Translations under genes and position numbers: made by a program
The notes under the pieces: generated by a model
Told to the model about the DNA's origin: nothing
The model's database searches: none
The model's input: the letters and a program-made list of their open reading frames with translations, nothing else
Shown: positions 33,851 through 34,429 of the stretch, piece after piece
Layout: every line of letters begins with the position of its first letter
Numbering within the stretch: the stretch's first letter is position 1
NCBI GenBank assembly: GCA_025935595.1
Contig: JAICUZ010000001.1
Span: 1-34,429 of the forward strand
DNA: 34,429 nucleotides
From: Burkholderiales bacterium
GTDB taxonomy: Bacteria > Actinomycetota > Thermoleophilia > Gaiellales > Gaiellaceae
Direction: 5' to 3'

Positions 33851-34429
33851 CCCATGACGTCCGCATCGAAGGCGTCACGAAGCGCTTCCAGGACGTGACG
33901 GCCGTCGATGACCTGACGCTCGACATCGAAGCCGGGAAGTTCTACGCGCTGCTCGGGCCGTCGGGCTGCGGCAAGACGACGACGCTGCGGATGATCGGCG
34001 GCTTCGAGGAGCCGACAGAGGGCACGATCTACCTCGGTGACCGCGCCGTCACGGGCTTGCCGCCGCACAAGCGCGACGTCAACACGGTCTTCCAGAGCTA
34101 CGCGCTCTTCCCGCACCTGACCGTGTTCGAGAACGTCGCCTTCGGCCTGCGCCGCAAGGGCGTGAAGAAGGCCGACGTCGGCAAGCAGGTCGAGGAGATG
34201 CTTCGGATCGTCGGCCTCGCGGGGTACGAGGGCCGCAAGCCGAAGCAGCTCTCGGGCGGCCAGCAGCAGCGCGTCGCGCTGGCGCGCGCGCTCGTCAACC
34301 GTCCGCGCGTCCTGCTGCTCGACGAGCCCCTCGGCGCGCTCGACCTGAAGCTGCGCAATGATAGGCAGCTCGAGCTGAAGCGCATCCAGCACGTGATGGG
34401 ATTCACGTTCGTGCACGTAACGCACGCCC
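33847..34429 (+). CDS. potA: Spermidine/putrescine ABC transporter ATP-binding protein (PotA-like), truncated by window end
   Basis: From GTG 33847: [51 protein letters not shown]. It is not in the ORF track because no stop lies in the window. Confidence 0.88.
   Translation, partial: MTHDVRIEGVTKRFQDVTAVDDLTLDIEAGKFYALLGPSGCGKTTTLRMIGGFEEPTEGTIYLGDRAVTGLPPHKRDVNTVFQSYALFPHLTVFENVAFGLRRKGVKKADVGKQVEEMLRIVGLAGYEGRKPKQLSGGQQQRVALARALVNRPRVLLLDEPLGALDLKLRNDRQLELKRIQHVMGFTFVHVTHA

Noticed and set aside
1..34429. CRISPR array, SRP RNA, tRNA-Arg next to the tRNA-Ser genes, known riboswitches
   Set aside because: No regularly spaced repeats or diagnostic motifs were found by eye; an Rfam scan would be needed to exclude them fully.

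Overview
High-GC chromosomal window, most likely from an actinobacterium of class Thermoleophilia (Gaiellales-like; inferred from gene content and repeat style). It starts in the 3' end of serS and carries all four tRNA-Ser isoacceptors (TGA, CGA, GGA, GCT) within about 19.5 kb. The roughly 40 CDSs include a two-component system, XdhC, YbaK, a Ca2+/H+ antiporter, FabF, LigC and Prim-PolC, a lone GroES homologue, an ABC-2 exporter, cytochrome c, an aquaporin, a DUF1800-DUF1501-cupredoxin operon, NrtR divergent from a BMP lipoprotein, and a polyamine locus that runs off the end. No integrase, transposase or CRISPR array was seen. The most notable signals are non-coding: (1) a dispersed 70-bp intergenic repeat (two full copies 80% identical, one internally deleted copy) encoding an Arg-rich mini-ORF whose stop overlaps the next gene's start, architecturally like mycobacterial MIRUs; (2) a 6C-like sRNA after tRNA-Ser(GCT); (3) an NrtR-type operator in front of an orphan BMP lipoprotein rather than nadABC; (4) GGTGYC-W-GRCACC REP-like palindromes; and (5) many apparently leaderless, often bidirectional promoters. 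Family assignments come from motif recognition, not database searches.
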